Shown here one piece after another: positions 40,062 through 49,214 of a stretch of DNA of 64,000 bases (position 1 is its first letter; every line of letters begins with the position of its first letter). Source of the DNA: an uncultured archaeon (GTDB lineage Archaea > Iainarchaeota > Iainarchaeia > Iainarchaeales > GCA-2688035); the NCBI GenBank assembly GCA_964354805.1, contig CAYHBD010000009.1, forward strand, positions 32,001-96,000, written 5' to 3'. A model generated the notes under the pieces. It searched no databases and was not told where the DNA came from. It saw only the letters and a list, made by a program, of their open reading frames with translations. A program made the translations under genes and the position numbers.

Positions 40062-40508
40062 ATGAAATCCGACAAGGTTAAAGCAATGGCTGCCGGGATT
40101 CTTAAAGTCGGCAAGGGCGATGTTTGGTTTGACAGCAAGCAGATGGATAAGATTCAGACAGTCATGACAAAGGACGATGTAAGGGGTCTGATAAAGGATG
40201 GCTTGATTAGAAAGAGAAAAGAGAACAGGAAGAGCATGGGCAGGGCAAGGCTGCTGAACGCCAAGAGGAAGAAGGGAAGAAAAAGAGGCTTCGGAAAGAG
40301 AAAGGGCACACTGAAAGCAAGGCAGCACGGCAAGCAGCAGTGGATCAAAAATGTCAGGGCCCAGAGGGAAATGCTGAAAGAACTGCAGCAAAAGAATCCT
40401 GCTGCTGTTAAAAAAATCGGTTACAGGAAATTGTACAAAAGGGTTAAAGGCGGGTTTTTTAAGGGAAAAAATTATTTGAAAGCCGCTGTTGAGGGCAAGA
40501 AAAGGTGA
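40062..40508 (+). CDS. rpl19e: 50S ribosomal protein L19e
   Basis: AA.ILKVG...VW, KKGRKRG.G.RKG, WI..VRAQR..LK, YR.LY...KGG.F. Confidence 0.96.
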   Translation: MKSDKVKAMAAGILKVGKGDVWFDSKQMDKIQTVMTKDDVRGLIKDGLIRKRKENRKSMGRARLLNAKRKKGRKRGFGKRKGTLKARQHGKQQWIKNVRAQREMLKELQQKNPAAVKKIGYRKLYKRVKGGFFKGKNYLKAAVEGKKR

Positions 40509-40629
40509 ATGGAAATAACTGAAAAGGGAAAGGAGAAAAGGACTTGGAAAAAAGGGGCAGATGAAAAAAAATATTTAAAATGAACGGAAACAAAAAAGGC
40601 GAAATGAGAAAATTAAAGGTGACTGGAAA

Positions 40630-41226
40630 ATGGCACACACGAGCACTTTCAAGGTAAGGTTCAAGCGAAGGCGCGAAGGGAAAACGAATTACGCGAAAAG
40701 GCTGGCTTTGCTCAGCAGCAACCTGCCGAGATTGGTTGCGAGGAAAACGAACCGATATATTATTGCACAATTAATTGAATTCAGCCCATCAGGCGACAGA
40801 ACAATGGTTCATGTCAGCAGCGGGCAATTGGAAAAATTCGGCTGGAACGCCAGCAAAAAGAATCTGCCGGCAGCGTATCTGACAGGGCTGATTGCCGGCT
40901 TGAGGGCAAAGCAGCAGAAAGCGGACAAAGCAATTTTGGACATTGGATTCAGCACCCCAATTCACGGCAGCTTTTGGTCTGCTGTCTTAAAGGGAGCGAT
41001 TGACGGAGGGCTGCAGATTAAGGCAGGCGAAACAGCCTTGCCAAAGCCAGAAAGAATTGAAGGAAAACACATCGAGCAATTCGCGGCAAAACTGGATGAA
41101 AAGCGCTGCAGCGAAATTTTCAGCGGCTACGCCAAAGAAAAGGTCGATGTAAAGCAATTGAGCAAATTATTCAATGCAGCAAAGGAAAAAATATTAGCGG
41201 CAAAAGGCGGTGAAAATCAGAAATGA
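40630..41226 (+). CDS. rpl18: 50S ribosomal protein L18
   Basis: RRREGKTNY.KRL.LL, NLPAAYLTG, KGA.D.GL. Confidence 0.96.
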   Translation: MAHTSTFKVRFKRRREGKTNYAKRLALLSSNLPRLVARKTNRYIIAQLIEFSPSGDRTMVHVSSGQLEKFGWNASKKNLPAAYLTGLIAGLRAKQQKADKAILDIGFSTPIHGSFWSAVLKGAIDGGLQIKAGETALPKPERIEGKHIEQFAAKLDEKRCSEIFSGYAKEKVDVKQLSKLFNAAKEKILAAKGGENQK

Positions 41227-41942
41227 AGATAAGACAATTCGGCGAAAGGAGAGGAGCAGCAGGGCGTGCAAGAGATGGCGGAGAAACGCAGATGCTTAGC
41301 GAAAAAGAGAAACAGCTGGCAAAATGGGCGCCGAAAACAGCGCTTGGCAGAAAGGTTTTAGCCGGAGAAATAACAGACATTAACCAGATTTTTGAAAAAA
41401 ACATGGCAATAATGGAGCCGGAGATTGTTGACAAGCTGCTGCAGTTGGAGGAAAAAATCGTTGACATTCAGAAAACAACCAGGGTTATTGCAGCCGGAAG
41501 GCAGTTCAGCTTCAGGGTTGCTGTCATAGTTGGAAACAAGAACGGCTTTGTTGCTATTGGAACAGCAAAAGACGCAGAGAAATGGCCAGCCATAAGAAAA
41601 GCAACAAGGAACGCCAAATTGAATCTTGTAAAAGTGAGAAGAGGCTGCGGCAGCTGGCAGTGCGCCTGCGGTTCAACCCACAGCGTCCCATTCAAGGTAA
41701 CCGGAAAGAACGCAAGCGTCAGGGTGACTTTCCTGCCTGCACCGAAAGGCATTGGCCTGGTTACCGGAAAAAACATTAGGGATGTTTTAGTCTTCGCAGG
41801 AATAAGCGATGTCTGGACACAAGTGAAAGGCTCAACAGACACAAAGCTGAATTTCGTTCAGGCGGCAATTGACGCTTTAAGCCAGACAACAAAAATGCGA
41901 TTGAGCAACGACATCAGCAAAAAAGCAGAGTCGGACAGGTGA
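41223..41942 (+). CDS. rps5: 30S ribosomal protein S5
   Basis: W.PKT.LG, RGCGSW.C.CG..HSVPFKV.G, PAPKG.GL. Confidence 0.96.
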   Translation: MKIRQFGERRGAAGRARDGGETQMLSEKEKQLAKWAPKTALGRKVLAGEITDINQIFEKNMAIMEPEIVDKLLQLEEKIVDIQKTTRVIAAGRQFSFRVAVIVGNKNGFVAIGTAKDAEKWPAIRKATRNAKLNLVKVRRGCGSWQCACGSTHSVPFKVTGKNASVRVTFLPAPKGIGLVTGKNIRDVLVFAGISDVWTQVKGSTDTKLNFVQAAIDALSQTTKMRLSNDISKKAESDR

Positions 41943-42015
41943 AAAGGGAAAGGAGCAGCTTGGGGAAAAAGAAAGCAAAAAAAATGAACGAAAAAAAATT
42001 TTAAAGGTGAATTGA

Positions 42016-42543
42016 ATGGCAGCAGGGAAGCAAAAAAAAGAAACAGTGAAAAAAGAGGCTAAGAAGCAGGAGGAGGCATCAGGCCAGCTGCTTGCTGGCA
42101 TTAGGATAAGGGGCAATGCAGGCCTTCCACCTGATGTAAAGAAAACACTGCAATTGCTTAGCCTGCATAAAGTGAACCATTTGGTTTTGGTTGACACTGC
42201 CCAGAAGGGAATGCTGCAAAAAGTCAGCCAGTTCATTGCATTCGGGGAAGTCGATGAAAAAACCCTTGCTTTGCTTTTGCAGCGCAGGGGCAGGCTGCAG
42301 GGAGACAAAAGGCTTGACCAAAAATTTTTGCGCGAAAAAAAGATCGAAGGATTTCCAGCGCTGGCTGCTGCCGTAATCGAAAAAAAAGGAAAACTGCGCG
42401 AACTCGGCATAAAGCCAGTTTTCAGGCTGCACCCGCCAAGCAAAGGCTTTGAACGCAAGGGCATCAAGAAAGATTATAACATCGGGGGCGCGCTTGGATA
42501 CAGGGGCGCCGACATGAATAAATTGATTTTGAGGATGATTTGA
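42016..42543 (+). CDS. rpl30: 50S ribosomal protein L30
   Basis: R.RG, TL.LL.L.K.NH, FRLHPP.KGF, GGALGYRG. Confidence 0.96.
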   Translation: MAAGKQKKETVKKEAKKQEEASGQLLAGIRIRGNAGLPPDVKKTLQLLSLHKVNHLVLVDTAQKGMLQKVSQFIAFGEVDEKTLALLLQRRGRLQGDKRLDQKFLREKKIEGFPALAAAVIEKKGKLRELGIKPVFRLHPPSKGFERKGIKKDYNIGGALGYRGADMNKLILRMI

Positions 42544-42556
42544 AGAGTGATTGAGT

Positions 42557-43117
42557 ATGGTTGTAAGGAGAAGCAGGAAGCGTGAAAAGCTGAGGGGCCA
42601 GCGAACACACGGGCATGGCAACACAAAGAACAGAAGAGGCGGCGGAAGCAGGGGCGGAAGAGGCAGGGCTGGCTCGCACAAGCACAAATTCAACCAGAAC
42701 TTTGATTTCTTTGGCTCGGAGAGAAAGAGAATAAAGCCAAAACAGGAAACAAAGGCAATAAATTTGGGGCAATTAGTGCAGCAGCTGCCTAAGCTGGCGG
42801 AGCTGAAAAAAGTTGAAAAACGGGTAAACAGCTTTGTCATAGACGGAAAAAAAATTGGCTTTGACAAAATTCTTTCAATGGGCACAGTCCAGGAAAAACT
42901 CGCTGTAAAAAACATGCGAGTGAGCAAAAAAGCAAGAGAAAAAATCCTGAAAGCAGGCGGAAAAATAGAGGAAATGGAAACAGGCGCAAAAGTGAAAGAA
43001 GCGAAAAAAGGGGAAACAGGCAAGGAAAAGGAAGAGGCTGCTGCAACGGAAGAAGATGAAGAGGAACTTGAATTTGAAGAAGCCGAAACAGAAGAAGAGG
43101 ATGCTGAAGCAAAGTGA
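42557..43117 (+). CDS. rpl15: 50S ribosomal protein L15 with acidic tail
   Basis: RG.RTHGHG..K.RRGGGSRGGRG.AG..KHK, KILS.G, KI.KAGG. Confidence 0.96.
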   Translation: MVVRRSRKREKLRGQRTHGHGNTKNRRGGGSRGGRGRAGSHKHKFNQNFDFFGSERKRIKPKQETKAINLGQLVQQLPKLAELKKVEKRVNSFVIDGKKIGFDKILSMGTVQEKLAVKNMRVSKKAREKILKAGGKIEEMETGAKVKEAKKGETGKEKEEAAATEEDEEELEFEEAETEEEDAEAK

Positions 43118-43203
43118 AATAGCAAAGAAATTTGAGAAAAGATAAAAAAAATAAAGAGGCAAAGCAGAAAAAGGAAAAAAAAGAAGAAAAAGGTGTGACA
43201 ACA

Positions 43204-44568
43204 ATGGGTTTGCTTGATACGCTTGAACCGATCTTCAGAATGCTGCCAGAGGTAAAGTCTCCTGCAAAAGAGCAGACCCTGCAAAGAAAGCTGATGTGGA
43301 CAGCCATTGCCTTGATTTTGTTTTTCATAATGGGAAGAATTAGTTTATTTGGATTGGCTCTGGAAAGGGCTGACTATTTGCAGGGATTGCAGACAATTCT
43401 GGCAAGCGACATGGGAACATTGATCAGCGCAGGCATTGGCCCAATAGTTTTGGCTTCAATCATCCTGCAACTGCTTGTAGGAGCAAAGTTCCTGAACATT
43501 GATTTGGGCAATCCAAAGGACAGGGCAAGATTCCAGAGCCTGCAAAAGCTGTTTGCAATTTTTTTATGCTTTTTTGAGGGAGCAGCATACACAATCACCG
43601 GAACGCCATTGCTTGCAATGCCTGGAATGATGCCAATAGTTATTTTACAGGTTGCAATTGGCTCAATCATTCTGCTTTACCTGGATGAAGTTGTTTCAAA
43701 ATACGGCATTGGCTCAGGCATAAGCCTGTTCATTGCTGGAAATGTCAGCTCAGCATTCTTTTGGCAGGTGTTTGCGCCGCCGATAGCAGATAATCCGTTA
43801 GGCGGTGATCTAGTCAGATTTATCTCCTCACTTGGCACTGGAGTGGATTTCCTGATATTGCTGCCAATCTTTATAGCAATAATCATTTTCCTGGTTGTTG
43901 TCTTCGCTGAGGGAATGCACGTGAACATTCCAATCACAATGGGAGTCAGGGGAATGGGCGGAAGGTTCCCGGTGAAGCTGCTGTATGTAAGCAACCTGCC
44001 TGTTATTCTGGCTGTTGCATTGTTTGCAAACCTGCAGCTGATGGCTGAAATAATGAAAAACCTTCCAGTGATAGGGGCAATAGCAGGCGCAATCAGCTGG
44101 GCAACAAACAGCCCATACAATTTATTCGGCGACCTTATAGGGAAAATAGGCACAGACGGCCTGCTGCCTGCACTGAACTTCATGGCACCGGAACTCTTCC
44201 ACGCAGTCGTTTACATGATTGTTTTAACTGTATGCTGCGTTGTATTCGGTTACTTTTGGGTTCAAATGGCAGGCCAAGGTCCCAGCGCTGTGGCAGAGCA
44301 ATTGCAGCGCAGCGGAATGTACATTCCCGGCTTCAGGCGGGACAAGAGAATAATTGAAGGAATCCTGAACAGGTATATCCCGATAATAACCATTTTGGGA
44401 AGCATTTTTGTTGCACTGCTTGCCGGATTCGGCAACATGGCTTTGAAAACACTGAGCAGCGGAACAGGAATACTGCTGACAGTAGGCATAGTTTACAGGC
44501 TGTACGAAGAGCTTGCAAAAGAGCAAATGGTTGCAATGCACCCAGTGCTTGGAAAATTGTTTAAGTGA
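43204..44568 (+). CDS. secY: Preprotein translocase SecY
   Basis: GIGPIV.ASIILQLL, YGIGSGISLFI, P.KLLY.SN.P, IPGFRR, GTGILLTV.I. Confidence 0.97.
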   Translation: MGLLDTLEPIFRMLPEVKSPAKEQTLQRKLMWTAIALILFFIMGRISLFGLALERADYLQGLQTILASDMGTLISAGIGPIVLASIILQLLVGAKFLNIDLGNPKDRARFQSLQKLFAIFLCFFEGAAYTITGTPLLAMPGMMPIVILQVAIGSIILLYLDEVVSKYGIGSGISLFIAGNVSSAFFWQVFAPPIADNPLGGDLVRFISSLGTGVDFLILLPIFIAIIIFLVVVFAEGMHVNIPITMGVRGMGGRFPVKLLYVSNLPVILAVALFANLQLMAEIMKNLPVIGAIAGAISWATNSPYNLFGDLIGKIGTDGLLPALNFMAPELFHAVVYMIVLTVCCVVFGYFWVQMAGQGPSAVAEQLQRSGMYIPGFRRDKRIIEGILNRYIPIITILGSIFVALLAGFGNMALKTLSSGTGILLTVGIVYRLYEELAKEQMVAMHPVLGKLFK

Positions 44569-44679
44569 AAATAGGTTAGGTGAAGAAGAGATGGCAAAAA
44601 AAGTGGATGGTTTAAATTTTATTCCTTTTCAAATTAATATAAGGCATTGCCTTAAACCGAATTTTTCAGGTGAGCAATA

Positions 44680-45189
44680 ATGGTATTCATCAGCCCGGCA
44701 ATAGACATCGGCCTGATTTCAGTGGCCCTGGTAGTCGTCAGCAGGTTTTTGCAAAGCAAGTTGGTTGACAAGGAAAAACAGAAAGCAGCCCAGCAGAGAA
44801 TGAAGGAAAAACAGAAAAGAATGAAGGAATTGATTGCAAGCAATGATGAAAGAAGCAAAAACGAGGCAGCTGCCCTGCAGCGGGAAATGTTCGCTGAAAT
44901 GGGTGAAAGCATGCAGGGAAGCATGAGGTACATGATGGTGAGCCTGCCGTTTTTCCTGGTTGTGTATGCAGCGCTTGGGTTCCTTTATGGCGGGCTTTAT
45001 TTTGATGCACTTTTCCCAATTCCAAAATTCCAAGGCATTATCCCAGTCAGCCTGACAACCAAAACAGGCTGGTTCAAATGGTATTTTTTCAATTACCTGA
45101 TTGCATCAATTGTTTTGGGAATTATAATAAAGGTTTGGGCAAAATCAAGGGAAGAAAAAAAAGCGGGATTAAATGCCGAAGCGAAGTGA
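44680..45189 (+). CDS. EMC3/TMCO1 (DUF106, Oxa1-superfamily) membrane protein
   Basis: TM, coiled coil, TMs, GW..WY; conserved position downstream of secY. Confidence 0.85.
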   Translation: MVFISPAIDIGLISVALVVVSRFLQSKLVDKEKQKAAQQRMKEKQKRMKELIASNDERSKNEAAALQREMFAEMGESMQGSMRYMMVSLPFFLVVYAALGFLYGGLYFDALFPIPKFQGIIPVSLTTKTGWFKWYFFNYLIASIVLGIIIKVWAKSREEKKAGLNAEAK

Positions 45190-45300
45190 AAGATAAAAAA
45201 AAATCAAAAAAAAGGTTAAAAGCAAAGAAAAGAAAAGGTAAACAACAAACTGAAATGAAAAAAAACTGAAAAAAAAGAAAAGCAAAAAAAGTGGTGTTAA

Positions 45301-45636
45301 ATGCCGAAGCGAAGTGAAAGATCAAAGAAAAAGAAATTCAGGAGAAGGCCAAGCGGAAAAGCCGAGGCTGTTTATGTCAGGGGCAAGCCAGGAAAGCACC
45401 ACTGCGCCCTGTGCGGTGCAGTACTGCACGGCATGCCGCACTCAAAAACAGCGGCTGAAGTGAGAAAGCTGAGCAAAACCCAGCGAAGGCCAAGCGCTTT
45501 GTTTGCAGGCACTTTGTGCACCAAATGCAGGACAATTGTGGTTGAGGAAGCTGCATTGCTGAACTGCGGTGCAAAGCAGCAGCAGGACATTGAATTGCGC
45601 TTGCGGAAATTCGTGCAAGCGGTTAAGGTGATTTGA
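45301..45636 (+). CDS. rpl34e: 50S ribosomal protein L34e
   Basis: R.PSG, CALCG..LHG.P, LSKT.RRP...F.G.LC.KC. Confidence 0.92.
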   Translation: MPKRSERSKKKKFRRRPSGKAEAVYVRGKPGKHHCALCGAVLHGMPHSKTAAEVRKLSKTQRRPSALFAGTLCTKCRTIVVEEAALLNCGAKQQQDIELRLRKFVQAVKVI

Positions 45637-45909
45637 ATGGCCGGCCTAGCAGTTGGAATGGTTTGCATTAAAACAAAGGGAAGGGAAGCCGGCAGGAAAG
45701 CCGTCATACTTGAATTTGACAAAAAGAAAGGCGTTGCATTGATCGAAGGGCAGTTTGTCAAGAAGCGCATGTGCAATGTAATGCATTTGCTGCCCACCGG
45801 AGAAACAGTTGACGTGCAAAAGCTGGAATTCAAAAAGCCGGCAAGGAAGCAAAAAAAGGAAAAACCTGAAAAGAAAGAACCGGAAAAGGCAACAAATAAG
45901 AAGAAATAG
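45637..45909 (+). CDS. rpl14e: 50S ribosomal protein L14e
   Basis: VG.VCIK..GREAG.K.VI, VK.R.CN..HL.PT. Confidence 0.93.
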   Translation: MAGLAVGMVCIKTKGREAGRKAVILEFDKKKGVALIEGQFVKKRMCNVMHLLPTGETVDVQKLEFKKPARKQKKEKPEKKEPEKATNKKK

Positions 45910-46099
45910 GAAACGCAGATAAAAAGCAGATAGGCGGAATGAAAAAAAATTAAATTAAAAAAAACCGGGAAAAAATTAAAAGAGGAAAAAAGAAAATTGA
46001 AAAAATTGCAAAAGAACAGGGAAAGGCAAAGAAATGAAATTTTGCAGGGCAATGGGAAAAAAAGCAAGCATGAAAAATGAATTGGGTTGAATGATTTTT

Positions 46100-46741
46100 A
46101 TGGCTGGAAAAAACAAGAAGCACGATGCTCAAGAGCGAAAGGAAGGCAGCGAAAAAAAGAAGGGCAAAACGCCAAGGCCAGGACCGGCTGAAAAGCCAAA
46201 GGCAATGCAGCCTGTTGAAATGGAGCCAGGCATGCGTTACATTGTGAGGATTTCCGCAAAGGACCTGAACGGAAACCTGCCTATTTACAGGGCTCTGGCG
46301 AACATAAGGGGCATTGGCCTCAGGATGGCGCGCAATATGGCGATTGCTTTCGAACAGGAAACAAAAACTCCATTCGACAGCAGGCTTGGCAAGCTTCCAG
46401 AGGAAATGGACAAGACACTGCAGGACATTGTAATCAACCCTGGAAAGCACGGGATTCCACAGTGGAGCCTGAACAGGAGAAAGGAATTTGAAACAGGCGA
46501 AAACAGGCATTTGGTTATGGCAGACCTGGATCTGCAGCTGAGAAAGGACCTCCAGAGGCTTAATTTAATCAAAAGCTACAGGGGCCTGAGGCACAGCTGG
46601 GGCCTGCCAGTAAGGGGCCAACACACAAAGTCAACCCACAGGGGCAAAGGGCCGGTTGTCGGAGTTTTGAAGAAAGAGGCAAAGGCCGCATTGGCTGCCG
46701 CAGGCAAAGAAACAGAAAAGAAAGAGGAAAAGAAAAAATAA
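46100..46741 (+). CDS. rps13: 30S ribosomal protein S13
   Basis: YIVRI...DL.G, IP.W.LNRRK, SYRG.RH..GLPVRGQ.TKS. Confidence 0.96.
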   Translation: MAGKNKKHDAQERKEGSEKKKGKTPRPGPAEKPKAMQPVEMEPGMRYIVRISAKDLNGNLPIYRALANIRGIGLRMARNMAIAFEQETKTPFDSRLGKLPEEMDKTLQDIVINPGKHGIPQWSLNRRKEFETGENRHLVMADLDLQLRKDLQRLNLIKSYRGLRHSWGLPVRGQHTKSTHRGKGPVVGVLKKEAKAALAAAGKETEKKEEKKK

Positions 46742-46821
46742 TTGGGAAAAAAATTGAAGAGTGAAAAAAAAGCAAAAAGGAAGAAGTAAAAAGAAGCACA
46801 ACAAAAAAAGCGTGATGAGTA

Positions 46822-47538
46822 ATGGGCAACCCGAAGAAGACATCAAAGCATTATGACAGGCCATTGCGGCTTTGGGACAAGGAGAACCTTGAGAAAGAAA
46901 GGATACTGAAAACCACATTTGGCTTGAAGAACAAGCGCGAGCTTTGGAGAGTGCAGACAGTGCTGAGCAGGAAGAGGAAAACCGCAAGGCAGCTGCTTGC
47001 AGTTCAGCCAGAGCAGAGGGCAAAGAAAGAGCGCGAGCTGTTGGACAGCCTTGCAAGGCTCGGCTTGGTGAATGAGAGCGCTGCCCTTGACGATGTCCTG
47101 ACTTTGAGCGTTGAAGCGGTTTTAGAGAGGAGATTGCAGACAATTGTCTGGAGAAAAGGCCTTGCAAACAGCCCAAAGCAGGCAAGGCAGTTCATTGTCC
47201 ACGGGCACATTGCTGTAAAAGGAAAAAAGGTCAGCGCACCATCATACCTTGTGCCAGCAGGCGAGGAAGAAAAAATTTCTTACTACGGTGAAAAAATGCA
47301 GTTGGCGCCGCCTGTCAAAAAGGAAAAAAAGAAGCCCACAGCAGAAGAGGCGGCTGAAAGCGCAGAGGGCGTGGAAACCGAAGAGATTGAGGGGGAACAG
47401 GCTGAAGGGCTTGCAGAGGGAGAAATGGCTTTGGAAGAAATTAGCGAGGAAACCAGCGAAGATTTGGAAATCCCGGCTGGCGAAACAACCGCAGGGAAAA
47501 ATGAAACAGTGCCTGATTCCAAGGAAGGTGCTAAATAA
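46822..47538 (+). CDS. rps4: 30S ribosomal protein S4 with acidic tail
   Basis: GLKNKRELW, LERRLQT.V...GLA....ARQFIVHGHI. Confidence 0.96.
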   Translation: MGNPKKTSKHYDRPLRLWDKENLEKERILKTTFGLKNKRELWRVQTVLSRKRKTARQLLAVQPEQRAKKERELLDSLARLGLVNESAALDDVLTLSVEAVLERRLQTIVWRKGLANSPKQARQFIVHGHIAVKGKKVSAPSYLVPAGEEEKISYYGEKMQLAPPVKKEKKKPTAEEAAESAEGVETEEIEGEQAEGLAEGEMALEEISEETSEDLEIPAGETTAGKNETVPDSKEGAK

Positions 47539-47921
47539 TGGGAAAAAAGGGAATTGTCCACATTTTTGCCTCGAGGAATAACACGATTATTTTGCTTACT
47601 GACATAACAGGCGCGGAAACAATTGCAAAGTGCAGCGGCGGCGTGGTTGTCAAAGCCCAGCACAAAGAGGGAAGCCCTTATGCAGCAATGAAGGTTGCAG
47701 AGATTGTTGCAGACAAAGCAAGAGAGCGGGAGATAAGGGAAGTGCATGTAAAGGTCAGGGCAGCAGGCGGCAACAAGAGCAACAGCCCTGGAGCAGGCAG
47801 CGAGGCGGCAATCAGGTCACTTACAAGAGCAGGCCTGCTAATCAGGTCAATTGAGAACGTCACCCCAATACCGCACAACGGATGCAGGAAGAAGAAGCGC
47901 TACAGGGGAAAGAAAACATGA
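47538..47921 (+). CDS. rps11: 30S ribosomal protein S11
   Basis: HIFAS.NNT, TD.TGAET, SPYAAM, PG.G, VTPIPH. Confidence 0.96.
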   Translation: MGKKGIVHIFASRNNTIILLTDITGAETIAKCSGGVVVKAQHKEGSPYAAMKVAEIVADKAREREIREVHVKVRAAGGNKSNSPGAGSEAAIRSLTRAGLLIRSIENVTPIPHNGCRKKKRYRGKKT

Positions 47922-48081
47922 AAATCCGGGCGCTGCAAAAATATTGAAACAATTTAGAAAAAATTAAAAAAGATTGAATAATTGAATGCACAAATTTTTT
48001 TAAAAAGGTGAAAAAGAGCAGAAAAAAATTGTGAACATTCATTTAAAAAAAAGTTGAAGGAAATAAAAAGGTGAACCGAAA

Positions 48082-48840
48082 ATGGCTATCAGAATTAAAA
48101 AGATTGATGAAAAAAATAACGCGAGCAGGTATCTGGTTAAGGGAACAAGCATTGCGCTTTTGAATGCAATCAGGAGAAGCGTGATGCTGCACGTGCCCTG
48201 CCTTGCAATAGAGGATGTTGCAATTTACGAGAACGATTCAGTGATGTTTGACGAATTCCTCGCACACAGGCTTGGAATGCTTGCACTGCAGACCGATGCA
48301 AAAGGCTACGACAAGGGTGACAAGGTGAAAATGGTTTTAGAGAAAGAAGGCCCATGCATGGTTTACAGCAAGGACATCAAGAGCACTGACCCAAAAATTG
48401 AGGTAACCGACAAAAAAATTCCATTGGTCAAGCTTGGCAAAGGGCATAAGCTAAGGATTGAAATGCAGGCGGTCATGCAAAGCGGCAAAGAACACACCAA
48501 ATGGCAGCCGGCAATAATTGCATACCAGGAAGTGCCGGTCATAAGCACTGAAAAGAACTGCAACCACTGCGGCGAATGCGTCACTGCCTGCCCGAAATCA
48601 GTCCTTGAAATAAAAGCAAAAAACGTTGTGCTGACCCAGCCGCTTGAATGCATTCTATGCGGCGCATGCAGGGACGCATGCGAAAGAAACGCACTGGTCA
48701 TTGACGTGGAAAAAGATTCATTCATCCTGCAAATTGAGCCAATAACAGGCCTGACAGCAAACCAGATAATCGACAAGGCAATTGCAGAACTGCAGGAAAA
48801 AAGCGAACAAGCTGAAAAACAGCTGCAAAAAATCAAATGA
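48082..48840 (+). CDS. rpoD: RNA polymerase subunit D (Rpo3) with 2x[4Fe-4S] ferredoxin-like domain
   Basis: NAIRR, NDSV.FDE.LAHRLG, GKEH.KWQP; CNHCGECVTACP and CILCGACRDAC. Confidence 0.96.
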   Translation: MAIRIKKIDEKNNASRYLVKGTSIALLNAIRRSVMLHVPCLAIEDVAIYENDSVMFDEFLAHRLGMLALQTDAKGYDKGDKVKMVLEKEGPCMVYSKDIKSTDPKIEVTDKKIPLVKLGKGHKLRIEMQAVMQSGKEHTKWQPAIIAYQEVPVISTEKNCNHCGECVTACPKSVLEIKAKNVVLTQPLECILCGACRDACERNALVIDVEKDSFILQIEPITGLTANQIIDKAIAELQEKSEQAEKQLQKIK

Positions 48841-48935
48841 ACAGCAGGGGAAAATGACGTCGCAGGAATAGAAAAAAACTGAAAAAAACAAAGGAGGTTA
48901 ACAATTAATACTTTGCCTTGAAAAAACATTATTAT

Positions 48936-49081
48936 GCAGGGGTACCCAAGCGGTCAAAGGGGCAGGAGAATTTTTTAAGACACCGTTCTAAAAAAATTCT
49001 GCCAAACTTAAGACCCTTTCCAACGAGGAGAAGAAATCCTGTGGCTTAGTGCCTTCGGGGGTTCAAATCCTCCCCCCTGCA
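48936..49081 (+). tRNA. tRNA-Leu(UAA) with two introns (48967-49005 at 30/31; 49013-49035 at 37/38); CCA not encoded
   Basis: Acceptor GCAGGGG/CCCCTGC-A, D arm, anticodon stem CAGGA/TCCTG with loop CTTAAGA after splicing, long variable arm, GGTTCAAATCC; conserved rpoD-tRNALeu-L18e position. Confidence 0.9.
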
Positions 49082-49083
49082 CA

Positions 49084-49173
49084 ACACTTTTTCTTTTAGG
49101 AAAAGAAAAAGTGTATTAAAAGAAAAGAACCAATTGCTTCGCAATTGGTAAGAAAAAGTGTATTAAAAGAAAA
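49084..49173 (+). repeat. REP-like hairpin copy, GCTTCGC hairpin and 24-bp direct repeat
   Basis: ACAC-TTTTTCTTTT-agg-AAAAGAAAAA-GTGT; ACCAATTGC-ttc-GCAATTGGT; AAGAAAAAGTGTATTAAAAGAAAA twice. Confidence 0.7.
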
Positions 49174-49214
49174 AAAAGAGAAAAATTTGTTTTAGAAAAC
49201 AAAGAAGTGGGATT

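Noticed and set aside
39852-40064. Repeat-spacer pattern as a possible CRISPR array
   Set aside because: Repeats are degenerate, spacers share modules and vary in length, and no cas genes are present.
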